Shown piece after piece: positions 29,401 to 37,122 of a stretch of 64,000 nt of DNA (its first letter is position 1; each line of letters begins with the position of its first letter). Below the pieces are notes generated by a model. The model made no database searches and was not told where the DNA came from. It was given only the letters and a program-made list of their open reading frames with translations. The stretch is from positions 19,088-83,087 of IMG/VR virus record IMGVR_UViG_3300019360_000007. The stretch is one strand, 5' to 3'. The translations under genes and the position numbers were made by a program. This DNA is from a virus.

Positions 29401-30887
29401 ATGCCGAACCCCCAGAACGCCTGGACCAAGTTCGGGTTGTTGGTCGGCAGGTCGATGCGGGTGTTCGAGACCGAGAGGAACACGTCCTGCCCGAGCGGCG
29501 TGTCGCGCCCGTTGCCCGTCGTCGGCTGCGCGGGGAGACGGAACTGCGTGCGGCTCTCCACGGCGGGAATCACCGTGTCGACGACGACGACCTCCGTCGG
29601 CGCCATGAACCAGCGGTTGTCGATCAGGAGGGCCGAGATCTGCGTGGGCCCGAAGGGCGGAGCCCCCGGAGTCGTGATCCCGGGCGAGATCAGGAAGGCG
29701 GCTCCCCAGACGATCAGGTCGTCCTTGAGAACGAAGTCCGCGCCCTCGATGAAGTCGTTGTTGCCGGGCACGATGCCGCAGCGGATGACCTCCGTGACGT
29801 TGATGTTCGCGAGGTAGTCGAACGTGTCCTGCCAGGTGTTGAAGAAGTATTGGATCGTGACGGTGTCGCCGACCGCCGGGGCGAAGGGCAGCGTCACGGC
29901 CCTGTTCTGGCCGTCGACCTCCGTCGGGATGACCTGGACCGAGTTGACGCGCACGGTCACCTTCGACGTGTCGGTCGTGGTGATGCCGCCGTTCGAGCCG
30001 TCGACGATAGGCCCGTTGAAGGTGAAGAACGTGCGGTTCCGACGCGTGTTCTGGTTCTGCGTGAAGCCGAGAACCGAGTTGGCCGTGCCGTTCCCGATCA
30101 GGAGACCGTTGTCGGCGACGAGGCGCACCGCCGTGAGGCCGAAGTTGTTGGTGTAGGTCGACGCCACCAGCGACGTGCCGGCCGCGGCCCCGTTGATCAG
30201 GGAGACCACCGTGGCGGCCGTGACGCTGCCGGTGGGGAACGTGGCGGTCACGACCTGCTGCGTAGTTGCCGACTGGTCGAAGTCCACCGTCACGAGGAAC
30301 TGGTTGTTGGAGGAGGTGAACTCGTAGGCGTTGCCGATGGCCCCGTCGAGGATCGCTCCTTGCGTGGACACCTGGTCGGACAGGTTGTCCGTGATCTGCG
30401 TGTCGGTCCGCTTGAAGAAGTAGGTGACCCGGACGTCGTCGCCGAAGTCGGGCGCCGTGCTGATCTCGATCACGCCGATGTCGGCGCGGGCCACGCTCAG
30501 GACCACGTCGGGGCGACCGTTGATCGTGACCAGGATCGAGCTGGGGTCCGTGGCCGTCTTGCCGGAGCCTGACCCGTCCGTGATCGGGTAGTTGCGGACC
30601 CGGATACGGCGGCGCTCACCGTTGAAGTCGCCGAGGATGACCTCGCCGGTCATCGTGATCTCGACGACCGCGCGACCGGTCTCGTCCTCCTGGGGGACCT
30701 GCTGGTCGACCGAGCTGCTCGATCCGCGGATGACCTCCAAGTCTCGCTGCTGGAGCAGCTCGTTGCCCGTCCCGATGAGCACCGGAATGCGGACGCCCGC
30801 GAGGACGCCGGAGACCGGCGAGTCGAACAGGGTTCGGGTATAGACGCCAGGTGGCGCGTAAATGGTCCCAGGAAAATCCGCGGGCAT
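23445..30887 (-). CDS. Giant tail sheath protein (2480 aa) with nested domain insertions
   Basis: N-terminal PPGVYT; C-terminal sheath domain (AAFLAFLNGA, RAERTGIIG, RVRQGLTT, YQPIFPLLYIVITFNL). Confidence 0.9.
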   Translation of the reverse strand: MPADFPGTIYAPPGVYTRTLFDSPVSGVLAGVRIPVLIGTGNELLQQRDLEVIRGSSSSVDQQVPQEDETGRAVVEITMTGEVILGDFNGERRRIRVRNYPITDGSGSGKTATDPSSILVTINGRPDVVLSVARADIGVIEISTAPDFGDDVRVTYFFKRTDTQITDNLSDQVSTQGAILDGAIGNAYEFTSSNNQFLVTVDFDQSATTQQVVTATFPTGSVTAATVVSLINGAAAGTSLVASTYTNNFGLTAVRLVADNGLLIGNGTANSVLGFTQNQNTRRNRTFFTFNGPIVDGSNGGITTTDTSKVTVRVNSVQVIPTEVDGQNRAVTLPFAPAVGDTVTIQYFFNTWQDTFDYLANINVTEVIRCGIVPGNNDFIEGADFVLKDDLIVWGAAFLISPGITTPGAPPFGPTQISALLIDNRWFMAPTEVVVVDTVIPAVESRTQFRLPAQPTTGNGRDTPLGQDVFLSVSNTRIDLPTNNPNLVQAFWGFGIEDALNRGAVSVTKVEGTIITLENPVPVGADVFATFWYNIMVDEEYTVQVETSGPSGIGTYFLFDKNGNPIYTPKFGSKGPALTGVTIEFPSGSELTPDVHFEGGTQGPVEETVTVQFADKDATIAKFTVPGAGPYFFVSGASDRARFTIDSSALAGGAAGIDLSAPHGIQGLGFYASLLGEEIQYTDDSGKTTYDILSGINDNVSFTVDGVVVTVTVPSQTAVNADAYVEAINAEAKLVANNPFLDGTTRFLGSTVITAGRYDKLVFNYTGVTNGPTGPVTATIAPGTYTSPTTMAAAVDSALQTAIGALPASFSGMDITCTANADGGMRFTFSATPTDLGTFATGTVTSALAVLGDTVTIDGVTLTGDLAQISGAQNFDTGQARATLMPMGVQPGDTFTIDAGGGPVLITAAGAQTPGGLNFNEGTRATGTITVAGPIPGDTVTVDGQVFLGVSGAPAANEFDVGTRASGTATLMGVQYGDTITIDTSVVGGGPVTLTASNTLTPGGLDFNVGTAATGTVGFSGVRVASAAPYPVVAADTLTLNGNVLTPVDVARTSGADDFFAGVRALSTLTVVTTALPSTGVLYGDTITIAGIPLTADNVTTPGGLNFDAGTQATATITVTASPSSATITIDTGAIAGGPYVLVPAGGPRTPGANDYDNTLGTTAAIAADIAAALNDPLNSFAAFSSAAVGPGPNDVTVTWTVPGMAANAVANLSSDGTVTISATFAGGVGDEITTATAIVAAILDPLNGLTSTVQAHNTGGTSATVDLRAITPGTGGNSISTVSTAPARLTFAGATLAGGLGTNTSARDDAIAAVNDVANSFAVDVTATSSGATTMVLTAVTPGAVGNTITLSTTAAGRFVLSGATLTGGVGDDISAATSLVAAIADAGNGLVGGVVATNAGGTSNVVTIMSFTPGTVGNGILLMESTGATRITLSAGTLLGGVGDNTTVATSLGASITASLPALVFTGVVAAVVTITAVTPGNAGNTIVLASSSATRLIRSGPTLAGGVGTNLTVASSIVAAINDLGNGLAAAVSADNAGGTSTTVTVWSDTPGVIGNTYTIASSTGVRLPVSGATFVGGATTVQVASSLVAAISDALNGLVGIVTADNSSGTSAVVDITAAVPGPTGNFITLASSTAIRLPVSGATLTGGSGLGGGVWEFLDGATVAEDFAIICGLSTDALPSQEQTKIVDGDIARRFTVSGTSGRLIYDRIIMRNRVLPGSGSLEPQSQVAQTSLITQGTNAVTETGLQPKAVGLAGIEATLRPASLFGEVGFKDGQVPAGTFADARDGQPRVRFYGSGGVNPQNNVWKVNIDGTAFTVVFKDSVGAAIPAAGQADVPLGPITFPNTVLKQIQDAAVGAGLPASVVAQEGAGIRLVSGIVTTNSAITLGNGNANNVLGFSEGATAARSTVDPELVASALMMHHSSTINGAILDYQMPDLTWFAAQALAGVERDSANNEFLFIESQANNIVGLGSSSNILFETATTADWLLTGTGLGVTSGQGAAGESGFQGFFVTSSDPVDGSGSANTSCFNSGVGQDGMISQSYRDTVTGLVFTILPRTGGADYPTGAGASFTFQVRKLVTTDANIPVNSISGLELIVANTEGSSIPQGDTAIVETFDRGGQEPAVGDSYFITYNYAKTAADFETMLFTSQRAVERNYGDTTPDNQVSLAAFLAFLNGAVVLGIKQVPKIPGSNQASTQSYSDALNDLRGSLPGGAVLDTITPMRGDDIDLFLQLSNHCDIQSSIRFRAERTGIIGVASGTQPTEVGGIAQQIENTRIRLVYPDIVTLTIQDALGNFKQFLVDGTYLAAAMAGNRASPNIDVATPWTRARIVGFDELARKLDAVEQNQVAVQGVTVMEQRGTVIRVRQGLTTDPTNILTKLPTVITIADEVQRAARRDLDRFIGIKFLPGVLSEIEGQLATTMKALKNAEIIAAFTGIQARTTNDPTVVEVEAFYQPIFPLLYIVITFNLRSNLGG
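25933..28373 (-). repeat. Seven N-half repeats followed by seven C-half repeats (nested domain array)
   Basis: 7x A(T/S)xT..GDT(V/I)TI..(N/D)FxxG, then 7x AxxxxAAI..PG..GN.I..SGATLxGG. Confidence 0.85.
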
Positions 30888-30888
30888 G

Positions 30889-31617
30889 TCAGCTTCCTTT
30901 CAGTGCGGCTCGGAAGGCGTCGAGGGAGATCCGCGTGAAGTGGAATCCGCGACACGGAGTTCCACGACGAATCGACTTGGCGACGGCATCGAAGGACAGG
31001 CCAAGGGCCTTGGCTGCTTCGGTCGCCGACGAAAAAACGGAACCGTCGGAGCGTCGGACGGGATTCGCGTTGCCTTCACGAATGCGACGCTTGTGTTCCT
31101 CGGTGAAGGCCTGTCCCGTATGGGCGGCAGACATCTTGGCGCGCGTCTCTTCCGATGGCACACGACCCGAATGGCTCGTGGACATTCGCGCCCTGCTCTC
31201 CGCGGAATGCCTTCGTCCCTTCCAGAAATCACCGCGCCCATTCTCCAAGTTGGCGAGCTGTCTCGCGGAGACCCCGCGAGCCTTGGCCGAGGTCGACATC
31301 CTCTTGCGCGTCTCCTCGCTCGCGACAACTCCGTCTCCGCCCTTGGTCAGGTTGTAACCATGCGCGCGCTCGGCCGAACGGTAGAGGGCGATATAGTGCC
31401 GCTCCCGTTCGTTGGCCTCGGCGAGGGTCGCGATTCCCTTCTCAAGCACTTCCCAGGCCATGGCGGGTCCGTACTTGCGAAGAGCCGCGGAGAAATGGCG
31501 ACTCCTCGTGCGAGCCAGGTAGAGGTGCTCGATCTTGCGCTGGTCGAGACTGCGCCGCGTGATCCCGACGTAGACCTTCCCGCTGGGCGACGTGACCCTA
31601 TAGACCACGTACGTCAC
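30889..31617 (-). CDS. GIY-YIG homing endonuclease with NUMOD3 repeats and NUMOD1-like HTH
   Basis: VVYRVTSPSGKVYVGIT, GYNLTKGG, (H/P)SEETRxxMS repeats, VFSSATEAAKALG; GTG 31617 after AAGGAG; its 3' end supplies the sheath RBS. Confidence 0.9.
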   Translation of the reverse strand: MTYVVYRVTSPSGKVYVGITRRSLDQRKIEHLYLARTRSRHFSAALRKYGPAMAWEVLEKGIATLAEANERERHYIALYRSAERAHGYNLTKGGDGVVASEETRKRMSTSAKARGVSARQLANLENGRGDFWKGRRHSAESRARMSTSHSGRVPSEETRAKMSAAHTGQAFTEEHKRRIREGNANPVRRSDGSVFSSATEAAKALGLSFDAVAKSIRRGTPCRGFHFTRISLDAFRAALKGS

Positions 31618-31869
31618 GTCCGCAGGACGCTCCTTCCCGCTCGCGCTCGACTCGGAGGAGGAGCACGTCGCGTCGGGCCACGGGGTCGCCGTGGCGAGTT
31701 CGGTGGAGGTCTGGAGCATCGAGGTCGGCTGTTCGCTCGGGATCACTCCCGTCTGTCGGGCGCACTTCTCCTGCGAGCGCGTGACGCCCTGGGTGCAGTC
31801 GCGGATCGCGCTCGGTAGAGCGCCTTGGTTCACGTCTCCGTGCCCGTCTCCGTCGGTCTGTCGGTTCAC

Positions 31870-31899
31870 GTCTAGCCGTCCCCTCGCGGGGAGGAAGCG
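31870..31899 (-). promoter_or_regulatory. Conserved bulged-hairpin element, copy B
   Basis: CGCTTCC-TCCCC-GCGA-GGGGA-CGGCTAGAC (GNRA loop). Confidence 0.6.
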
Positions 31900-31997
31900 T
31901 TCTGCGGGCCTGCTAGGCAGGCTGCGTTCACATCTCGTCTGTCGGTCTGGTCACGTCTGGGTCCTCCCTGCGGGAGGCCGGGGTTGCGACTGTCGCC

Positions 31998-32459
31998 TCA
32001 GCGAGCAGCCTCCTCGGGAGCGGAGCCGGAGCGCCCCTCCCGCCAAGCCTTGAAACGGTGCATGACCTCCTGGTTGACCAGTCGGGCCTTCTTGGCGGCG
32101 CGGCGCTCGGTCTCGGTCATGACGAAGTACTCGCCGCTGTCGAGCCGACTGAGGTGGTCCCCGGTCGTATCGTTCGCGGAGATCACGCGACGCTTGTAGT
32201 CCTGGCGTCGCTGGAACTCCCTGAGGTTCGCCTCCGCGCTGCGGCCGATGACCACGTCGACGTCGTGATCCACCGAGCTGGCTCCCGTGTTCTGGGGACG
32301 GGGCGCATCGGGCACGTGGGCGAACTTGAAGCTCGGCGTGGGGATGCGCCTGTCGGCACCCTCGCCGCAACGCTTGCACGGGATCGTGTCCCTGACCTTC
32401 CCGGCCGGCTGCATTGACCCGAACCGCAGACCGCAGCTCGGGCACTGGTAATCGAACAT
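31998..32459 (-). CDS. FmdB-family zinc-ribbon protein
   Basis: MFDYQCPSCGLRF...IPCKRCG. Confidence 0.8.
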   Translation of the reverse strand: MFDYQCPSCGLRFGSMQPAGKVRDTIPCKRCGEGADRRIPTPSFKFAHVPDAPRPQNTGASSVDHDVDVVIGRSAEANLREFQRRQDYKRRVISANDTTGDHLSRLDSGEYFVMTETERRAAKKARLVNQEVMHRFKAWREGRSGSAPEEAAR

Positions 32460-32492
32460 CGGCAAGGTCGCTCCGTCTACTAGGTCGCCCCT

Positions 32493-32509
32493 ATAGACAC
32501 GAAAACGAG
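32493..32509 (-). promoter_or_regulatory. Putative late promoter (CTCGTT-N7-CTAT)
   Basis: Motif match in an intergenic region. Confidence 0.55.
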
Positions 32510-32512
32510 CGC

Positions 32513-33772
32513 CTAGCGCAGCATCTCGCCCGTCCCGTAGACCCCCGAGCGGCCCAGCTTGCCGACGAAGAACGGGTCCCACGGAGCCCGGAGACCGAGG
32601 GACGCCAGGGTGCGGAAGTTCGTCTGGATCTTCGCGATCTCCTCGTCGGAGAGCCCGGCGATCTGCTCGATGAACGGGGCGATGAGGGGGGCCTGGCCCT
32701 GCGGCACGGGCTCGCCCCCGGCCTGCTCCACCCCGCGGATCGTGATGCCGAGGGGGACGTGGATGCTCCAGTCGGTCTGGAGCTGCAGGCTGAAGCTGGC
32801 GTTGTAGAACCAGTCGTCAGCGACCTCGTCGTACTGCTCCTCCGTCTCGCCGCCCATGTTGACCGAGGCGATCTCGATCCCCATGCTGGAGAGCCGTGGT
32901 CGCGCGGTCGCCCAGAGGTACAGAGCGGTCTGGTCGAGGATCTCGCGCTGAGACAGAGGGTCGCGGGCGATGACGTCGAAGTCCAGGGTCAGGTCCCAGC
33001 GACCCCCGAACTCAAGTGCCGAGATGGTGCGCTTGTCCTGGACCACGACGGCCAAGCGGTCCCCGGCCGTGATGCGCCTCCCGAACGCAAGGACCGTCCC
33101 GGGAACGGGTTCCCGTAGAGCTCGGTCCTCGCGAACCTTCCACGGGCCCGTCGTCTCGCCCGGGCAACGGTAGTCGGCGGACAGGAACTCCTCGTCGGCC
33201 AGCTCGTCGATCAGGTCGATCTCGCCCGTGTCCGGGTCGGCCGTGTAGTTGGGGCCCTCGTAGAGCCGGAGGTTCCCGGGCATCCGGTAGAGGCGCAGCG
33301 TGCCGGAGAGGAACTTCCCCTTCTGGAGCTGGTACTGGGTGTCGTTGATCTTGAGGACCGTCTCGTCGATCACGTCGAGGAGCGGGTCCACGAAGAACTC
33401 CTGGTCGGTCGGCGAGCCATTCGCGTCGCAGAAGTCGAGGAAGTAGATGCCGGCCGCCGAGGGGAAGAACCCGCCGTTGTTCTGGATGGCGACGAAGTCC
33501 TCGCGCACCCACTCGACGGAGAGGTTCGGGTACCCCTCGACGTGGGCGAGGTACACGTAGCTCATCACGTGGCCCTGGAAGTTGTCGGCGGCGAGCGCGA
33601 CCTGGTTGCCGGCAGAGTTCTTGATCACGATGCCGAACTGCGGGCGCTCGCGGAAGCTGTACTTCCCCTGGATGTGCTGGACGATGTCCTTGTACTTCGG
33701 GTGGTACGACCAGTATCGGCGAAGCTCCTCGATGAACTTCCGATGCACCTGAGTTGTGAGGAAATAGTACAT
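32513..33772 (-). CDS. Putative tail terminator/completion protein
   Basis: Position between neck genes and sheath; WDLTLDFDVIARD..WFYNASFSLQLQTDW is beta-sandwich-like; AGGAG upstream. Confidence 0.5.
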   Translation of the reverse strand: MYYFLTTQVHRKFIEELRRYWSYHPKYKDIVQHIQGKYSFRERPQFGIVIKNSAGNQVALAADNFQGHVMSYVYLAHVEGYPNLSVEWVREDFVAIQNNGGFFPSAAGIYFLDFCDANGSPTDQEFFVDPLLDVIDETVLKINDTQYQLQKGKFLSGTLRLYRMPGNLRLYEGPNYTADPDTGEIDLIDELADEEFLSADYRCPGETTGPWKVREDRALREPVPGTVLAFGRRITAGDRLAVVVQDKRTISALEFGGRWDLTLDFDVIARDPLSQREILDQTALYLWATARPRLSSMGIEIASVNMGGETEEQYDEVADDWFYNASFSLQLQTDWSIHVPLGITIRGVEQAGGEPVPQGQAPLIAPFIEQIAGLSDEEIAKIQTNFRTLASLGLRAPWDPFFVGKLGRSGVYGTGEMLR

Positions 33773-33864
33773 CTCCTACCCCTCGATCTCCGAGACCAGG
33801 ACGTGGTCGCTCACAGCGCGAGGGCTCCGGGAGTGCTCACCTGGAGGCCTTCCGCATAGGACGA

Positions 33865-34884
33865 CTAGGGCTCGTCGTCCTCGTACTCCTGGAGAGCCTG
33901 GACGAGGAGACCGCGCGCGACAGCCTCCAGCGGATCGCGGGCCGCCCTGATCTCGCTGACCTCGATGGGAAAACGCCTGCGCTTCTCCTCGAACACCTTC
34001 TTGAAGAACTCCAGGAACCCGCCAGCCTTGCTCGTGCCCCCCGAGACCACGATGGGGATGGCCTTCGGCAGGGCGAACCGGCTGCGCACCTTCTCGAACT
34101 CGCTCGCGATGGTGTCGAGCGTGTACTCGATCAGGTTCTTGTAGTAGACGACCAGGGCCTCCTGGTCGCGGTCGGTCGGGTGCAGGAGATCGAGACCCTT
34201 CTCCTTGAGCGCGCACGTGCGGGCCTGGGTGGAGCCGACGCTCCTCGCGGCCCCGGCATCGATCCAGTCTCCTCCGCGACCGACGCTCGCGGTGAATCCC
34301 TCGACCGTGTTGATCGCCAGCGCGATGTTCGTCATCCCGGCGCCGTAGCTCAGCGCGACCCCGCTGAATCCTTCCTTGGCGCACTCGCTGTAGACGATGG
34401 CCATTGCCTCGTTGCCGGGGACCGCACGGTAGCCGCACTCCTCCACGATCCTCTGGAGAACGCCTCGGTGGTAGATGACGTCACGCGACGGGTCATCCAC
34501 CGGCGCGGCGGGCACGCTGAAGCAGCAGACCTCGCGCTCCTCTGCGGGATCGCCCAGGACGTGGCGCACGAGGACACCGAGGATCTCGAGCGCGTCGACC
34601 TCGCCCGCCGAGACGAGGCCAGACTGGAGCGGTCGCCTGACCTCGGCCCCGAGCATGTTGGCCATGTCGTAGGCCGCGTCGCCGACGATCACGAGCCTGT
34701 CGTTCTTCTCCACGTAGTTCACGTTGGAGAGCCGCAGCATCTTCCGGTGCTCGCGAGGGAAGTCGATGAAGGCGTCGCGCATCCTGTTGGTCACGACGCC
34801 GTCGCCCGTACGACGGGCGGAGACCACGTTCATCGTCCCCAGGTCTAGCCCCCTTCCGGGGATCGGTCCTTCACGCTCTGCCAT
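33865..34884 (-). CDS. Actin-like (ASKHA: MreB/Hsp70/ParM superfamily) ATPase
   Basis: Phosphate-1 GLDLGT, connect-1 NEAMA, phosphate-2 SYGAGMT, adenosine VVSGGTS, connect-2 AVARG. Confidence 0.85.
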   Translation of the reverse strand: MAEREGPIPGRGLDLGTMNVVSARRTGDGVVTNRMRDAFIDFPREHRKMLRLSNVNYVEKNDRLVIVGDAAYDMANMLGAEVRRPLQSGLVSAGEVDALEILGVLVRHVLGDPAEEREVCCFSVPAAPVDDPSRDVIYHRGVLQRIVEECGYRAVPGNEAMAIVYSECAKEGFSGVALSYGAGMTNIALAINTVEGFTASVGRGGDWIDAGAARSVGSTQARTCALKEKGLDLLHPTDRDQEALVVYYKNLIEYTLDTIASEFEKVRSRFALPKAIPIVVSGGTSKAGGFLEFFKKVFEEKRRRFPIEVSEIRAARDPLEAVARGLLVQALQEYEDDEP

Positions 34885-34941
34885 GGATCGGTGCCTCGTT
34901 CATGTCCGACCGCCGCGATGTATCGCGGGGACTGGCCTATC

Positions 34942-35586
34942 CTACCCGCCTCGCTTCCTGATAGCCCTCAGCGCCTCCGCAGCGTCGTCCACGTCGCCGC
35001 CCCCGTCCGACGACCGGCGCTCCACGGCGATCCTGGCCTTCGCGTCGGGATCGACGATGCGCTGGGGCATGTAGAGCGGCTCCTCGGGAGCCTTCCGGGC
35101 CGCGACGGGAGCGCCCACGGGCGCGGGCGTTCCGGCGGGCAGCAAGCGACGGAGAACGTGTTCCAGGGCCGTCTCGAGCTGGCCCTGGTCGACCGTGCCG
35201 CCCTGCGCCTGAACGGTCGCGAGGGCTCGGCCCACCTCCTCCGCGATGGCCGGCCTCAGGTCTCCCATGAGCTCGGCCTTGACCTTCCTCGCGATGGCGT
35301 CGGCGTCGACGTCCACGCGCTCGGGAGCTGGGGCCTCCGGCCGCGGACGCGGTACCGGCCTGCCCAACGAGACGAACGGGGGCTGCGGAAGCCGGGGCGC
35401 CTTGTCGAGTCCTCGTCTGGGCTTGCGGTACACGCGTACGTTTCCCTTCGACTGCTCCTTGCGCAGGTCAGCGGACCCTGCGGCCACGTCCAGGGACACC
35501 CACCGCTCCTCGCCCCGCAGGAGACGCAGGCCGAGATCCGGGATCTCGCACGGGTGCGAGCAGATGATCTGTGCCTCCTGCTTCAC
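34942..35586 (-). CDS. Hypothetical protein
   Basis: GTGA overlap with the upstream gene. Confidence 0.7.
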   Translation of the reverse strand: MKQEAQIICSHPCEIPDLGLRLLRGEERWVSLDVAAGSADLRKEQSKGNVRVYRKPRRGLDKAPRLPQPPFVSLGRPVPRPRPEAPAPERVDVDADAIARKVKAELMGDLRPAIAEEVGRALATVQAQGGTVDQGQLETALEHVLRRLLPAGTPAPVGAPVAARKAPEEPLYMPQRIVDPDAKARIAVERRSSDGGGDVDDAAEALRAIRKRGG

Positions 35587-36122
35587 GTGATCGGGAGCTT
35601 GTTGAGCACGGCGATGGTCTCGTCCTCAAGCATGGCCTCCATCTTGCGGCGCGCTCGCTCGTAGCCTCTGCGGACGAAGTTGTGCTTGCGGAACCCAGGA
35701 TGGATCCACGCCTCGGCCTTGGTCGCGGGCGTGCTCTTGATGAGCACCGTACCCGCCGGTCCCTTCATGGGCACGCGCGAGACACCCTCCTGTCGCGTGA
35801 GCCAGTCCATGGGGTAGGGACGCCTTCCCTCGGTGATCTGCTCGATCCACGGCCAGTCCGAGTAGACCTCGACCGTGGACCCCGAGACCTCGAAGCGGAA
35901 CGAGGCGAAGAATCTCTCTGAATCCGGGATCCCCTCAGGGAACCCTCTGGGCGTGGGACGACCGCCCTGCTTCGCGAAGTCCTTGCGGGCCTCGGCCACG
36001 ATACTGTCGACGAGCACCTTGCCCACGCGCTTCAGGAAGGCGGGAGTGACGATGTCCTTCTGCTCCAGAGTGGCCCAGGTCTTCCCGTAGGACTTCCTGA
36101 TCCTGATGCCTGTCTCCGCCAT
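35583..36122 (-). CDS. Putative neck/tail-completion protein (HK97 gp10-like)
   Basis: ATG 36122 (MAETGIRIRK); basic protein with ITEGRRP..WIHPGFRKHNFV pattern. Confidence 0.6.
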   Translation of the reverse strand: MAETGIRIRKSYGKTWATLEQKDIVTPAFLKRVGKVLVDSIVAEARKDFAKQGGRPTPRGFPEGIPDSERFFASFRFEVSGSTVEVYSDWPWIEQITEGRRPYPMDWLTRQEGVSRVPMKGPAGTVLIKSTPATKAEAWIHPGFRKHNFVRRGYERARRKMEAMLEDETIAVLNKLPIT

Positions 36123-36124
36123 CG

Positions 36125-37096
36125 TCAGATCGCCACTTCCTCGACTGGGCACCAGTTGCGGTAAATCCTCTGCGACGACCCGAGGCGGCTCATCAACCCT
36201 TTGAAGTGCGTGAGCGCGCTGCCGTCGTGGATCTCGGTCTCCGAGTAGCGCGCGACGCTGTACCCGAGATCGAAGAATGCCAAGGCCGTCTCCCGGTCCC
36301 CGTCGATACGCGCTTGGGGGTCGCCACGGATGACCTTCGGGCCGTGGAACGCCTCCCCATCGCAGAGCACCACGATCTTGCGCCCGTCGCCGACGGCCAC
36401 CTTGATGTCGGCCTCGCGCTTGACCTTCCGGTTGCCGATGCGCAATGTCGTCCACGAGTTTCTACCCGCGATCTCATAGCCCGTCCCCTCTAGTTGTGAG
36501 GCGAAAGTGTGTTCTAACTGGCTGTCCGTGCGTGCCGATTCAATGTTGTTCATTATGGTCTCGACCTTGCGTCCCAACATCCGTTCGTCGAAATCTGGAA
36601 AAGCGTGCTCTCCGATGGATCGGATGATCTGGTACGTCACGCCAAGGCGACGTGCGATGTCGTTGAGACGCTCCCCTCCCTCAACTGCCGCAACCACTTG
36701 GCAGTAGAGTGGGTCCCCGCGAAGCCATCGCACACTGCGTGAAGCGAGACCGTCCCACTGTGCCTTGCTCCCTTGGGCTGTCATGAACTGACGAGGATCG
36801 GGGGGTTTGTCGAACGACAACGCCTCGTAAGCGCGTTTGCTCATCGTCGCGCGAAGTACCTCGCACTGAGCACACCGTTTCCGGTCGTTCTCGGTCTTGT
36901 CGGTGATCTTGAACAGGCCGCCACACTTGCGGCACCGCAGCGTGGCCCGATATTCGGTCCTCCACGCGTACCACCGTTGCTTCAGTTCTTGGTGTTCTGC
37001 GTCAATGTTGTGTCGAAGATGCCCCGCAAGCCCGCGGTAATTCCTGAGGATCTTGCCGCAGATCTCACAAGATCCTAAGAACGGAAGCAAGCCCAT
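36125..37096 (-). CDS. Homing endonuclease: Zn fingers plus Vsr/EDxHD-like nuclease (323 aa)
   Basis: Likely start ATG 37096 (MGLLPFLGSCEICGK); EADI..IVVLCDGEAFHG; lower GC. Confidence 0.75.
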   Translation of the reverse strand: MGLLPFLGSCEICGKILRNYRGLAGHLRHNIDAEHQELKQRWYAWRTEYRATLRCRKCGGLFKITDKTENDRKRCAQCEVLRATMSKRAYEALSFDKPPDPRQFMTAQGSKAQWDGLASRSVRWLRGDPLYCQVVAAVEGGERLNDIARRLGVTYQIIRSIGEHAFPDFDERMLGRKVETIMNNIESARTDSQLEHTFASQLEGTGYEIAGRNSWTTLRIGNRKVKREADIKVAVGDGRKIVVLCDGEAFHGPKVIRGDPQARIDGDRETALAFFDLGYSVARYSETEIHDGSALTHFKGLMSRLGSSQRIYRNWCPVEEVAI

Positions 37097-37122
37097 CTCC
37101 AACCAATACCACGAACGCCCGC

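Noticed and set aside
30889-31990. Group I intron around the GIY-YIG gene
   Set aside because: Flanking genes are complete and I could not identify P/Q/R/S core elements by eye; an Infernal search would settle it.
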